DNA of 32,000 nucleotides from positions 2,130,001 through 2,162,000 of the forward strand of contig NC_017080.1 in the NCBI RefSeq assembly GCF_000284115.1, given 5' to 3'. Under the pieces are notes generated by a model. It saw nothing but the letters and a program-made list of their open reading frames with translations, was not told the origin of the DNA and did no database searches. Below, piece after piece: positions 16,280 through 28,000 of the stretch. Position numbers and translations under genes: made by a program. The DNA is from Phycisphaera mikurensis NBRC 102666 (GTDB taxonomy: Bacteria; Planctomycetota; Phycisphaerae; Phycisphaerales; Phycisphaeraceae). The first letter of the stretch is position 1, and every line of letters begins with the position of its first letter.

Positions 16280-18178
16280 TCACGCCCGCAGCACGACCCC
16301 CAGCCGTGCGAGCAACGCGATCGGCAGGCCGATCAGCAGCGTCTTCAGCAACGCGTAGCCGACGCCGTGGAGCGGCGAAGCGTCGCTCCCCCAGGTCTCG
16401 GTGATCGCCAGAGCGGCCCAGGCGTCGATCGACCCCCAGCCGGTGCCGACCGGCGCCACCGGCACCAGCGGGTAGCCGAACGCCACCAGCACGGGGCCCG
16501 CCAGCACCGCGTACAGGAGCAGCGGGTTCCGCCCGACGCCGGTGAGCGGGAGCGCCAGCTTCAAGGGCAGCGCCGGGCTCGCCCGATCCAGCAGGGCGGT
16601 GCCACCGGCGAGCACCGCGACGAGCCCGCCGGCGAGGAACAGGCACAGCGCCGCGACGCCCGGCGCCAGGCGCAGCATCTGCCACGCGGTGACGTCCGAC
16701 CCGCTGGGGCCGTCCAGGCCCCGCAGCAGCAGCGAGGCTGCGCCCGCCGCGGCGGCGGCCAGCAGCAGCGAAGCGGCGAGCGAGGCCAGCGAGCGCGTCC
16801 AACGGCCCGAGGCGTCGGCTTTGCCGATCATCAGGAACCGGGCGAGCAGCACCCCGACGAGCGTGACACCCGCCGCCACGCCGGCCGCCGGCAGCGTCGC
16901 CAGCGCGGGCGACGCCCCGAGCGGTTCCCGCAGGAGCAACGCGGCGGCGACTCCGACCGGCGGCGCCGACAGCAGCAGGACCGCCATCAGCACCACACCG
17001 CCGTTGCCCCAGCGGACGGCGTCGGTCTCCTCGCGGGGCAGCGCCCCGGCGGGCGGCGGCGCCAGGTCGCGGAGGTGGCGCACGCCCAGGTCGCCGGCGA
17101 CGGTGCCCGCGGCCACGAACGCGAAGCCCATCAGCCACGCCGGGTTGAGCCAGGCCGTGGCGGCGAAGCCCGCGATCCGGGCCGACGCCCAGGCCTGTTC
17201 GCCGCCGCGGCCGTCATGGCCGATCGCCTCCAAAACCCCCGGCAGCCAGACGATCCACATCGAGACGCCGAGGCCGATCGCCAAGCGGAGCCCCCAGGCG
17301 AGCGGGTTCGCGAGCGGCGTCAGCAGCCACAGGGCCGCGGCGAACAGCCCGTTCCAGGCGATGGCGAGCACGACCGGATCGGGCGCCCACGCCGCCGCCC
17401 GCGTCTCGGGCACGTCGATCCGCAGGCACAGCACGAGCAGGCAGACGCCCAGGCCGCCCGCGCGCAGGATCCACCGTCCGGCCGGCGTCACGCCCGGCCC
17501 GAAGCGCAGCGTGAGCGGGACGAGCCCGAGCACGCCCAGCAGCGAGAGGGCGGCGGCCGGCCCCGACCCCAGCGTCTCGGGCCGGAGCACCGGCACGAGC
17601 ACCGCGACGAGCAGCAGCGTCAGGAAACGGGCCGGCAGCGACAGCAGCAGGCCGAGCCAGCCGCCGCCGGCACGCAGGAAGCCGGCGCGGCCGGCCGAAG
17701 CGGCGGGGCGGCCCCGCCGCGCCGCCGCCAGCGGGATCGCGGCACCCGCCGCGAGGAGCGCGGCCGCGAGCAGCAGCCCCGCGAGCAGCACCCCGACGCC
17801 CTGCCCCCAGGGCGCGAACGCGGCCGCCGGCCGCAGACCCGCCAGCAGCGCCGCCGCCGGCCCCGACCAGTTCTCGGACCCTCCGCCGGCCGCCGCCGGA
17901 TCGCCCAGCAGCCGCGGCAGCGGGACCGGCAGGAGCAGGACCCACGCGAACAGCAGCAGCGTCAAGCCGCGGAAGGCGTCCAGGCCCGCCAGCCGCCCCT
18001 CCAGCTGCGGCCCCCGGCCGCCCAGCGCCGCGTCCGCCGCACGCCGTCCCGCGCCCCGGCGGACCCTCCCGCCGCGCGCGGCGTCGGGCCGCGGGGAAGC
18101 GGAGGCGGGCTCCTCCGCCTCGCTGAGGCGGACCTGGAGCGGGGGCAACCGATCGATGGGCGGGTAGCGTGCGGGCAT
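16280..18178 (-). CDS. Polytopic membrane protein, HGSNAT/DUF5009/DUF1624-like transmembrane acyltransferase
   Basis: The protein is 632 aa. The entry motif RLAGLDAFRGLTLLLF and the distal motif GRNPLLLYAVLAG resemble those of the heparan-alpha-glucosaminide N-acetyltransferase-like family. The protein is hydrophobic throughout. The assignment is by motif only. Confidence 0.6.
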   Translation of the reverse strand: MPARYPPIDRLPPLQVRLSEAEEPASASPRPDAARGGRVRRGAGRRAADAALGGRGPQLEGRLAGLDAFRGLTLLLFAWVLLLPVPLPRLLGDPAAAGGGSENWSGPAAALLAGLRPAAAFAPWGQGVGVLLAGLLLAAALLAAGAAIPLAAARRGRPAASAGRAGFLRAGGGWLGLLLSLPARFLTLLLVAVLVPVLRPETLGSGPAAALSLLGVLGLVPLTLRFGPGVTPAGRWILRAGGLGVCLLVLCLRIDVPETRAAAWAPDPVVLAIAWNGLFAAALWLLTPLANPLAWGLRLAIGLGVSMWIVWLPGVLEAIGHDGRGGEQAWASARIAGFAATAWLNPAWLMGFAFVAAGTVAGDLGVRHLRDLAPPPAGALPREETDAVRWGNGGVVLMAVLLLSAPPVGVAAALLLREPLGASPALATLPAAGVAAGVTLVGVLLARFLMIGKADASGRWTRSLASLAASLLLAAAAAGAASLLLRGLDGPSGSDVTAWQMLRLAPGVAALCLFLAGGLVAVLAGGTALLDRASPALPLKLALPLTGVGRNPLLLYAVLAGPVLVAFGYPLVPVAPVGTGWGSIDAWAALAITETWGSDASPLHGVGYALLKTLLIGLPIALLARLGVVLRA

Positions 18179-18230
18179 CGCGGCCGAGGCTACGGTTCCA
18201 CCGTGGGTCCGGCTACACGCCTCCCGCGTG

Positions 18231-18276
18231 CCGCGGACCGGCGCAGCTCCGCCCGGAAATCGGCGACGGTCCGCGG
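18231..18276. repeat. 46-nt palindromic element, copy 2 (in the 5' region of the acyltransferase-like gene)
   Basis: The element reads CCGCGGACCG + 26 nt (GCGCAGCTCCGCCCGGAAATCGGCGA) + CGGTCCGCGG. It lies 52 nt upstream of the start codon at 18178 on the minus strand. Confidence 0.8.
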
Positions 18277-18334
18277 GGTCGCGTGCTTGGGAGGAGCAGC
18301 CAGACCAAGGCCCATCCTCAGAGTCCGATAATGA

Positions 18335-18362
18335 AAGTTATGTTCAACTGATCCTTGTTCAA
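18335..18362 (-). promoter_or_regulatory. Candidate sigma70-like promoter in a local AT-rich island: TTGAAC-N16-TAACTT
   Basis: The minus strand reads TTGAACAAGGATCAGTTGAACATAACTTTCATTATCGG. The -35 TTGAAC occurs twice, 11 nt apart, and the -35 hexamer I use overlaps the GT2 stop codon. This is the only clearly AT-rich stretch for several kb. Confidence 0.3.
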
Positions 18363-19147
18363 CCGGCGGGGCGGCCCAGGAAGCCGCATCGGGTTGCGCC
18401 TCCGCCGGGAGACCGGACCGACAGCGCACACCGGATGCGCAGGAGGTCGGCACACCCGCGCCAGCCGCGCCCGAGGTATCCGTAGTGGCTCCGCCCCGCC
18501 GCCCGGGGCCGGTGCCGAACCGGCACCTCGATCACCGCGGTGCCGGCCGCGGCGGTGAGCACGGGGAGGAACCTGTGGGTGCCCGGCCGCTGCAGCGGCC
18601 AAGCACGCGCCACCGACGCGCGCGCGACCCGCGTGGCGCAGCCGGTGTCTCGGATCGGATCGCCGAGCAGGGCCCTCCGGCCGAGCCGGCCGACCCCGCT
18701 GGCGAGGCGCTTCATCCGGCGGTCGCGACGCCGGACGCGGCAGCCCTGGGCGAGGCCCGCACCGCGAGCCTGCAGCCGCCGGAGCAGGCGCGGCAGGTCC
18801 GCCGCGACGTTCTGCCCATCGGCATCGAGGGTCGCGATCCAGGCCCCGCGGGCTTCACCGATGCCGGCGGAAAGCGCCGCGGACTGGCCGAGGCCGCGAG
18901 CGAGCGTGACCACCCGCAGCCGCGGCTCCCCCGCGGCGAGCCGGCGGAGCAGCGAGACGCTCCCGTCGCGGGAACCGTCGTCGGCGACGACCAGCTCGGC
19001 GGCGATGCGGCACCGGTCCATCACGCCCAGCACCTCCGCGACCAGCGGGCGGAGCGACGCTTCCTCGTCCCGCGCCGGCACCACCACCGAGATCAGCGGC
19101 GGGGGCGGGGGCGGGTCGGGGGCGGTGGCGGGCGGGCGGGCGGTCAT
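18359..19147 (-). CDS. Family-2 glycosyltransferase, polyprenyl-phosphate sugar synthase-like (Ppm1/DPM1/ArnC-like), with no C-terminal TM helices
   Basis: From the ATG at 19147 the sequence reads MTARPP...LISVVVPARDEEASL...VVADDGSRDGS...GQSAALSAGI...TLDADGQN...GRSHYGYL. I trimmed the track ORF start at 19240 because it would abut the ABC-F start codon (19239). Confidence 0.85.
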   Translation of the reverse strand: MTARPPATAPDPPPPPPLISVVVPARDEEASLRPLVAEVLGVMDRCRIAAELVVADDGSRDGSVSLLRRLAAGEPRLRVVTLARGLGQSAALSAGIGEARGAWIATLDADGQNVAADLPRLLRRLQARGAGLAQGCRVRRRDRRMKRLASGVGRLGRRALLGDPIRDTGCATRVARASVARAWPLQRPGTHRFLPVLTAAAGTAVIEVPVRHRPRAAGRSHYGYLGRGWRGCADLLRIRCALSVRSPGGGATRCGFLGRPAG

Positions 19148-19238
19148 GGCGGCGGCGGCGGGCCGAACCCGCACGCTACTCCGCCCACCGCCCCGCCCGC
19201 CGCCCCGCCCGCCGGGCGCCAGCGCCCATACTCCCGCC

Positions 19239-21253
<2,015 letters not shown>

Positions 21254-21254
<1 letters not shown>

Positions 21255-21288
21255 CCGGCACGCTCCTGCGCCAAGACCCGAGCGTCCG
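21254..21288. terminator. Hairpin between the convergent ABC-F and dehydrogenase genes (CCGGCACGCTC - 14 nt - GAGCGTCCGG, with a 1-nt bulge)
   Basis: Read directly from the sequence. It sits between two stop codons (21254 and 21304). There is no T-tract. Confidence 0.3.
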
Positions 21289-21303
21289 GCAAGCGTGGCC
21301 CCC

Positions 21304-22257
21304 TCAGTAGCCCCAGCGGTGGTCGAAGACGTTCCGCATCCCCGCAACGTCGCCGGCGGCGTAACGCTTTAAGTTGTGCAGGAACAGGTCGGCGAGGCGT
21401 CGGCCGTTGCCCTCGCCGCGGCCGCCGACGTGCGGGGTGATCAGCAGGCGGGGCGTGCTCCAGAGGCGGTGCCCCGGCGGCAGCGGCTCCTCGGGAGCGA
21501 CGTCAATGGCGGCCCAGCCGAGGCGGCCGGCGTCCAGAGCGTCCGCGAGGGCCTCGTGGTCCAGCAGGCTGCCGCGGCCGACGTTGACGAGGCCGGCGTG
21601 GGGGCGGAGCCGCCCGATCCGTTGCGCGTTGAGCAGCCCCCGGGTGTGCGCGGTGCCGGGCAGCGTCGCGACGAGCACGTCGGCCTCGGCGAGGCAGCGA
21701 TCGAGCCGCCCGACCGGCTCGACCCGGTGGACGCCCGCCGGGGGCGGCCGGTCGGCGTGGCGTCGCACGCCGACGACCTCCATGCCCAGCGCCGCCGCCC
21801 TCGTCGCGAGGCATCGGCCCAGGTCGCCGAGCCCCAGGAGCAGCAGCCGCCGGCCGGCGAGCTCGTGGATCGCCGGGCCGCCGAGCCCCCACCGCGCCTC
21901 CCGCATCGCCTCGACGGCCCCGTCGATCCGCCGGCTGAAGTGAAGCATCATCGCGAGCGTGTGCTCGGCGATGGGCCCGCCGTACACGCCCGCCGCGGTG
22001 GTCACCGTCCAGGCCTCCGGCACCGCGTGGGCCAGCTTGCCGGCGCCGGCGGACTGGGTCTGCACCCACCTCATCCGCTCCGCCGCCGCGTGGTCGAGGC
22101 CCGCCGGCCAGCCGAGGAAGACCTCCGCCGAAGACCACGCCTCGGCGAAACCGGGATCCGCCGGCGCGGCCTGCACGAGCTCCGCGGCCGGCACCACCGC
22201 CGCCACCTCGTCGGGGAAGGCGGCGGGCAACCACGGGCAGGCGCTGAGGATCTTCAC
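21304..22257 (-). CDS. D-isomer-specific 2-hydroxyacid dehydrogenase family, NAD-binding
   Basis: LLLLGLGDLGRCLATRAAALGMEVVGVRR is the Rossmann GxGxxG region. It is followed by VLVATLPGTAHTRGLL...LVNVGRGSLLDHEALADAL...AAIDVAPEEPLP...LITPHVGG, which places the catalytic R/E/H residues in the expected context. Confidence 0.9.
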   Translation of the reverse strand: MKILSACPWLPAAFPDEVAAVVPAAELVQAAPADPGFAEAWSSAEVFLGWPAGLDHAAAERMRWVQTQSAGAGKLAHAVPEAWTVTTAAGVYGGPIAEHTLAMMLHFSRRIDGAVEAMREARWGLGGPAIHELAGRRLLLLGLGDLGRCLATRAAALGMEVVGVRRHADRPPPAGVHRVEPVGRLDRCLAEADVLVATLPGTAHTRGLLNAQRIGRLRPHAGLVNVGRGSLLDHEALADALDAGRLGWAAIDVAPEEPLPPGHRLWSTPRLLITPHVGGRGEGNGRRLADLFLHNLKRYAAGDVAGMRNVFDHRWGY

Positions 22258-22276
22258 CGGCGACGTTACGGCGAGC

Positions 22277-22322
22277 CCGCGGACCGCCGGGGTTTTCGGT
22301 TCGAGACGCCGGCGGTCCGCGG
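22277..22322. repeat. 46-nt palindromic element, copy 3 (in the divergent dehydrogenase/dut intergenic region)
   Basis: The element reads CCGCGGACCG + 26 nt (CCGGGGTTTTCGGTTCGAGACGCCGG) + CGGTCCGCGG. The arms extend to a perfect 14 bp. It lies 19 nt from the start at 22257 and 18 nt from the start at 22341. Confidence 0.8.
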
Positions 22323-22340
22323 CTGCGGTACAACTGCCGC

Positions 22341-22799
22341 GTGCAGTCTTATCTCCACGTCCCGGTCCAGCGGCTGCCGCACGCCGAAGCCCGGGGCACC
22401 GCGCTGCCGGCGTACCAGAGCGAGGCCGCCGCGGGGCTGGACCTGCACGCCTGCCTCGCGGCCGCGGTGATCCTCGAGCCCGGTGCCGTCGCCCGCATCC
22501 CCACCGGCCACGCTTTCGCGATCCCCGAGGGCCACGAAGGCCAGGTCCGCCCGCGTTCGGGCCTCTCCACGAAGCACCGCGTGACCGTGCCCAACGCCCC
22601 GGGCACGATCGACGCCGACTACCGCGGCGAGGTCGAGGTGGCCCTCCACAACCTCGGCGACGCCCCGTACGCGGTCGAGCCCAACGCCCGCATCGCCCAG
22701 CTGGTCGTCGTGCCGATCCCGCGCGTCGTCCTCGAGCCGGTGGCGGAGCTGCCGGAGACGGTGCGCGGGAGCGCCGGCTTCGGGAGCTCGGGCGTTTGA
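22341..22799 (+). CDS. dut: dUTP diphosphatase
   Basis: The sequence PAYQSEAAAGLDLHA...RPRSGLSTKHRV...PGTIDADYRGEVEVAL...RIAQLVV...RGSAGFGSSG covers all five dUTPase motifs. Confidence 0.93.
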   Translation: MQSYLHVPVQRLPHAEARGTALPAYQSEAAAGLDLHACLAAAVILEPGAVARIPTGHAFAIPEGHEGQVRPRSGLSTKHRVTVPNAPGTIDADYRGEVEVALHNLGDAPYAVEPNARIAQLVVVPIPRVVLEPVAELPETVRGSAGFGSSGV

Positions 22800-22895
22800 G
22801 GCGGGCGCGGGCCGGGGGCGTGGTCTGGCTCCCTGCCCCCGCCGTATCCTCCGCCCCGCTTCCTCCCCCGCGTCCCCCAACGAAACGACCCTTCC

Positions 22896-23873
22896 ATGCT
22901 CTCCCCCCTCCGCGTCGCCGTCACCGGAGCCGCCGGGCAGATCGGCTACGCCCTGCTCTTCCGGATCGCCTCCGGCCAGATGTTCGGGCCCGACCAGCCC
23001 GTGATCCTGCACCTCATCGAGGTGCCGGTCGACAAGGCGATGCATGCCCTCGAGGGCGTCGTGATGGAGCTGGAGGACTGCGCCTTCCCGCTGCTTGCCG
23101 GCACCGTCTGCACCAGCGACGCGACCGAGGGCTTCAAGGAGGTGAACTGGGCGTGCCTGGTCGGCAGCAAGCCGCGCGGGCCGGGCATGGAGCGTGCCGA
23201 CCTCCTGAAGGACAACGGCAAGATCTTCGTCGGGCAAGGCCGCGCGATCGACGAGCACGCGGCCGCGGATTGCCGCGTGGCCGTCGTCGGGAACCCCGCC
23301 AACACGAACGCGATGATCGGCGCCGCCCAGGGCGAGCGGATCCCGGCCGAGCGCTGGACCGCGATGGTTCGCCTCGACCAAAACCGGGCCGTCGGCCAGC
23401 TGGCCAAGCGGGCGGGCGTCTCCGTCGCCGACGTCACCGACACCTACATCTTCGGCAACCACTCGCCGACGATGTTCCCGGCATTCGGCCTCGCGAAGAT
23501 CGGCAACCGCCCCGCCACCGAGGTCCTCGACGGAAGCTACCTCCAAGGCGAGTTCCTGGAGACCGTCGGCAAGCGCGGGGCCGCCATCATCGCGGCCCGC
23601 GGCGCCAGCTCCGCCGCCTCCGCCGCGAATGCGCTGGTCGACCACGTCCGCGGGTTGGTGACGCCGGGCAAGGTGCAGAGCGTCGCGGTCAAGAGCGACG
23701 GCCACTACGGCTTCGATCCCGCGGTGTGGGCGGGCCTGCCCGTGCGGACGACCGAGACCGGGTACGAGGTCGTCGAGGGCCTCACGCTCGACGCCTTCGC
23801 CAAGGAGAAGATCGCCGCGACCAACGCCGAGCTGGTGAGCGAGCGCGAGACCGTCGCCGACCTGCTGCCCTGA
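22896..23873 (+). CDS. mdh: Malate dehydrogenase (NAD-dependent, Thermus/cytosolic-like clade)
   Basis: The sequence runs [38 protein letters not shown]...[10 protein letters not shown]...[14 protein letters not shown]...[10 protein letters not shown]...FGNHSPT. Confidence 0.95.
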   Translation: MLSPLRVAVTGAAGQIGYALLFRIASGQMFGPDQPVILHLIEVPVDKAMHALEGVVMELEDCAFPLLAGTVCTSDATEGFKEVNWACLVGSKPRGPGMERADLLKDNGKIFVGQGRAIDEHAAADCRVAVVGNPANTNAMIGAAQGERIPAERWTAMVRLDQNRAVGQLAKRAGVSVADVTDTYIFGNHSPTMFPAFGLAKIGNRPATEVLDGSYLQGEFLETVGKRGAAIIAARGASSAASAANALVDHVRGLVTPGKVQSVAVKSDGHYGFDPAVWAGLPVRTTETGYEVVEGLTLDAFAKEKIAATNAELVSERETVADLLP

Positions 23874-23978
23874 GCGAAGCGTGGAGGCTGGCAGAAGTTC
23901 GCCGCACGGACCGTGCCGGGCAGGCTGCGCCTGGAGGCTGGCGAGGGCTCGACGCCCGGAAGCTCGGGCGGACTCGGG

Positions 23979-24983
23979 ATGAAGCAACGCCACCGCCTGA
24001 TCGCGCCGATGCCGCCGGGCCCGCTCGACGTCGTCGGCGACGTCCACGGGGAGCTGGGGCTGCTCGAGCGCCTGCTCGAGCGGCTCGGGCGCGACCCGGT
24101 CACGCTCGGCCCCACCGGCCGCCGTGCGGCGGGTCGCTCGCTCGTGTTCGTCGGCGACCTGGTCGATCGGGGCCCCGACTCGGTCGGCGTCCTGCGCCGG
24201 GTGATGCCCGCGGTCCGCGAGCGCCGGGCCTTCTGCGTCATGGGCAACCACGAGCTCAACGCGCTCCGCGTCCCCGATGCCGTCGACCACAGCCACTGGT
24301 TCCACGGCGGCGGCGTCGGGCCGCCGACGATGCCGCAGGCCGTGCTGCCGCCGGAGCAGAGAGCGGACGTCCTCGGCTTCTTCCGATCGCTCCCGCTCGC
24401 GCTCGAGCGGGAGGACGTCGTCGCCGTGCACGCCTGCTGGGACGCGGCCTCGGCGGACCGGCTCCGCGGGGCGGACGATCCCGTCGACGCCTGGCGGCGC
24501 GCCCACGACCTCACGCCGCCGGGGGGCTGGGAGGCCGCCGTCGACCCCGCCGATCCCGCGGCCGCGGACGCCCGCCTCGTCCGGCGGAACGCGAACCCGG
24601 TCCGCCGCCTGACCGCCGGCCCGGAGCACCGGGCCCCGCACCCGTTCCGCATCCACGACCGCGTCTTCCGCGACGCCCGCACGCCTTGGTGGGACGCCTA
24701 CGCCGGCCCGCCTTACGTGATCTTCGGCCACTACTGGCGGCGGCCCGGCGAGACCCCCGCGGTTGGCGACCCCGCCCTGCCCTTCGGCGGCCACGGCCCC
24801 ACCGACGAGCTCGGCCTCCCCGGGAGCGATGGCCGCCGCTCCGCGATGTGCATCGACCACTGCGCCGGCGCCAGCTGGCAACGCCGCCCCCCCGCCGTCG
24901 CCGCCGGCGTCGCCCCCATCGCCACGGGGCTCTCCGCCTTCCGCTGGCCCGAGCGGGAGCTGGTCTTCGTCCCCGGCGCCTGA
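23979..24983 (+). CDS. Calcineurin-like metallophosphoesterase (ApaH/PrpA-type PPP family)
   Basis: The PPP signature motifs are present: VVGDVHGELGLLERLL, FVGDLVDRGPDS and MGNHELN. I prefer the ATG at 23979 to the upstream GTG at 23913. Confidence 0.8.
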   Translation: MKQRHRLIAPMPPGPLDVVGDVHGELGLLERLLERLGRDPVTLGPTGRRAAGRSLVFVGDLVDRGPDSVGVLRRVMPAVRERRAFCVMGNHELNALRVPDAVDHSHWFHGGGVGPPTMPQAVLPPEQRADVLGFFRSLPLALEREDVVAVHACWDAASADRLRGADDPVDAWRRAHDLTPPGGWEAAVDPADPAAADARLVRRNANPVRRLTAGPEHRAPHPFRIHDRVFRDARTPWWDAYAGPPYVIFGHYWRRPGETPAVGDPALPFGGHGPTDELGLPGSDGRRSAMCIDHCAGASWQRRPPAVAAGVAPIATGLSAFRWPERELVFVPGA

Positions 24984-25008
24984 GCGCGCCGCCGGCCCCG
25001 AGCCCGTC

Positions 25009-28000
25009 TCAGCGATCGCCCTCCGCCGCCGCCTCCCGCATCACCAGCGAGAGCAGCAGCGGGACGATAACCAGCGTGAACAGCGTCGCGCACACGAGCC
25101 CGCCGACGATGACGGCCCCCAAGCCGCGGTAGAGCTCGCTGCCCGAGCCGGGGGTGAGCACCAGCGGGAGCATGCCGGCGACGGACGTGCAGGTCGTCAT
25201 CAGGATCGGCCGCAGCCGCGTCCGCACGCTCTGGCCGATCGCGGAGCGGGCGTCCATCGGCGGCCCCTCGGCGCCACGCTGGAAGTTGAGGCTCTGGTGG
25301 ACGATCAGGATCGCGTTGTTCACCACGACGCCGATGAGGATGATGAAGCCGAGCATCGTCAGCGTGTCGAGCTGCTGCGTGGGGTCGAGGTGGTGGACGA
25401 CGCCCAGGCCGATGAAGCCCCCGACCGCCGCGAGCGGCACCGCGAAGAGGACCACCAGCGGGTAGAGGAAGCTCTCGAACAGAGCCGCCATCAGGAGGTA
25501 GGTGACCAGCAACGCGAGCAGCAGCCGCGAGGAGAGCAAGCCGGCGACGGCGCCGAGCACGCCGGCGTCGTCGCCGCCGAGCGTCCCGACCATCGCGTCG
25601 CGGACCTCCGCGAGCTTGCCGGCCGAGCCCGCCAGGCGGACCTCCACCGTTGCAGCGATGGCCCCGGCTTCCCGCAGGCCGGCGACGGCCTTCTGGATCG
25701 CCGCCGTCGCCTCGCCCAGCGGCACCTCCGCCGGCGGCACGACCGACAGCACCACCGCGCGGCGTTCCTCGATCCGGCGGATCGTCTGCGGCGCCAGCGT
25801 GCGGGAGACCGCGGCGATCGCGCCCAGCGGGATCGAACCGGTCTCGCCGGTGGCCGTCCGGTAGGCGATCGGCAGGGCCGACAGCGCCTCCACGGTCACC
25901 GGCTCGGTGGGCCCGTCGCCGGGCTTCGGCTCCACGCCCAACCGCCGGGCCCGCAGGTCGATCGACTCGCCGAAGAGCCGGTACTCGCCGACGATCACGC
26001 CGTCGACCATCGCGGCCACGGCCCGCCCGAGGTTTTCGACGTCCACCCCCAGCTCCGCCGCCTTCACGCGATCCAGCTCCACGCGCAGCTCCCGGCTCTG
26101 CCGATCGAAGTTGCCCGGATCCGGCCGCACCGCCGTGAAGCCGTAGAGCTCCCGGGCGGCGCCGAGCAGCGACGACGCCGCGGCGGTCACCTCGTCGAGC
26201 TGCGTCGCGGAGACCTCCACGTCGATCTGCCGCGAGCCCGCCGCGCCGCGGCCGAACAGAGAGCTCTGCTCGGCGAAGCCCAGGCCCCAGGGGCCCGTCG
26301 TCGCCGCCGAGAGCAGCCCCTGCAGCGGCGCCACGCTGTTCTTGTCCTGGCTCGTTGCCCCGTTGAAGACCGCCGAGCCGAAGCTCACGAAGAAGTAGTT
26401 GTCGACCGGCGGCGCTCCGGTCGCCGGCGCCCCGAAGAGCCGGTTCACCGGCGGTGTCAGCTCGGCGGCCTCTTGGGCGGTCGTCGCTTCCCAGAAGGGC
26501 TCGACAACGCTCTCCGCGGCGCGTCCGATGCGCTCGGCGGTGTCCACGTTGTAGCCCGGCGGCGTGAGCACGATCCCGAACACGAGGTTCTTGTTGCCAC
26601 GCGGGAGGTAGTCCGTGGGCGGCATCAGCAGCCACGCCCCCAGGAGCGAGCCGGCGGTCACGACCGAGAGGATCGCGACGCGGGCGGCGACGCCCGTTCT
26701 GGTGGGCTGCATCAACCCGACGATCCGCTCCGAGAAGCCGGCCGCGAGCCGGCCGAAGACACCCCCGTTCGGCTCCCCGGCCGGAGCCTGCTCCAGGTCC
26801 GTCCGCCGCCGCAGCAGCCGCGCCGACGCGGCCGGGATGACGGTGATGCCGACCACCAGCGACAGCGCCACCGCCGCCGACAGCGCGATCGCGATGTCGC
26901 GGAACAGCTGCCCCGCCTCGCCCGCGACCGTCAGCACCGGCAGGAACACCGCCAGCGTGGTCAGCGTCGACGCGAGCACGGCGCCCCAGACCTCGCTGGC
27001 GCCGTCGAGCGACGCCCGGATCGGGCTCTTGGGGCGGCCGTCCGGGCCGCTGAGCTGCAGGTGCCGGTCGATGTTCTCCAGCACCACGATGCCGTTGTCC
27101 ACCACCATGCCCGTCGCGAAGGCGAGGCCCGCCAGCGAGATCACGTTGATGTTCCGCCCCAGCGCCACCATCACCACGAAGGTGCCGATCACGCAGATCG
27201 GGATCGAGAGCGCGATGATCAGCGTCGGCCGGGCCCGGGCGAGCACCACCACCAGCACGGCGAGCAGCAGCACCGCCACGGCCATCAGCGGCCAGCCCCC
27301 GGGCACCACCCGCGTGAGGATCATCAGCGCAACCAGCGTGGGCACGCTCCACAGCACCAGCTTCCGCCGCCGGCCCCACTCCAGGAAGACCAGCAGCGCG
27401 ACGACCGCCAGCACGCCGCCGACCACCAGGTTGTTCTGCACCAGCGCGAGCGCGTCGTTGATGTAGATCGTCTCGTCGTAGACCTGCTCCAGCCGCAGCA
27501 CCGGCACGCGCTCCAGGTCGTTCTGCCGCGCCACGCCCTGGGCGATCGCCGGCAGCACCTCGTCGTTCATCTCGCCGAGGCGGCTGCGGACCTCCTCGAG
27601 CACCGCGATCACGTTCGCCCCCGGCTCCTTGTAGACCGGGAAGGCGAGCGCGATCTGCCCGCGCGAGCGCACGAAGCCGCGCCGCTTGGCGTAGCCCAGC
27701 GACACCTCGGCGAAGTCGCGGACGCGGATCGGACCACCCGCTTCGTCGTAAGCCACGACGGTGCGCTCGACCTGCTCCAGCTCGTCGTACCGGCCCACCG
27801 TCCGCACGCGCACGTCGTAGCGGCCTTCCTGCAGGTCGCCCGCCGAGACGTTGGTGTTCTCGCCGGAGAGTGCGCGGCCGAGGTCCTCCACCGTCACGCC
27901 GCGCTGCGCGAGCCGGGCCGGGTCGAAGTCGACGTGCACCTCTCGTTCGCGGCCGCCGTAGACCCGCACCTCCGAGACGCCGTCCACCCGCTCGAAGAAG

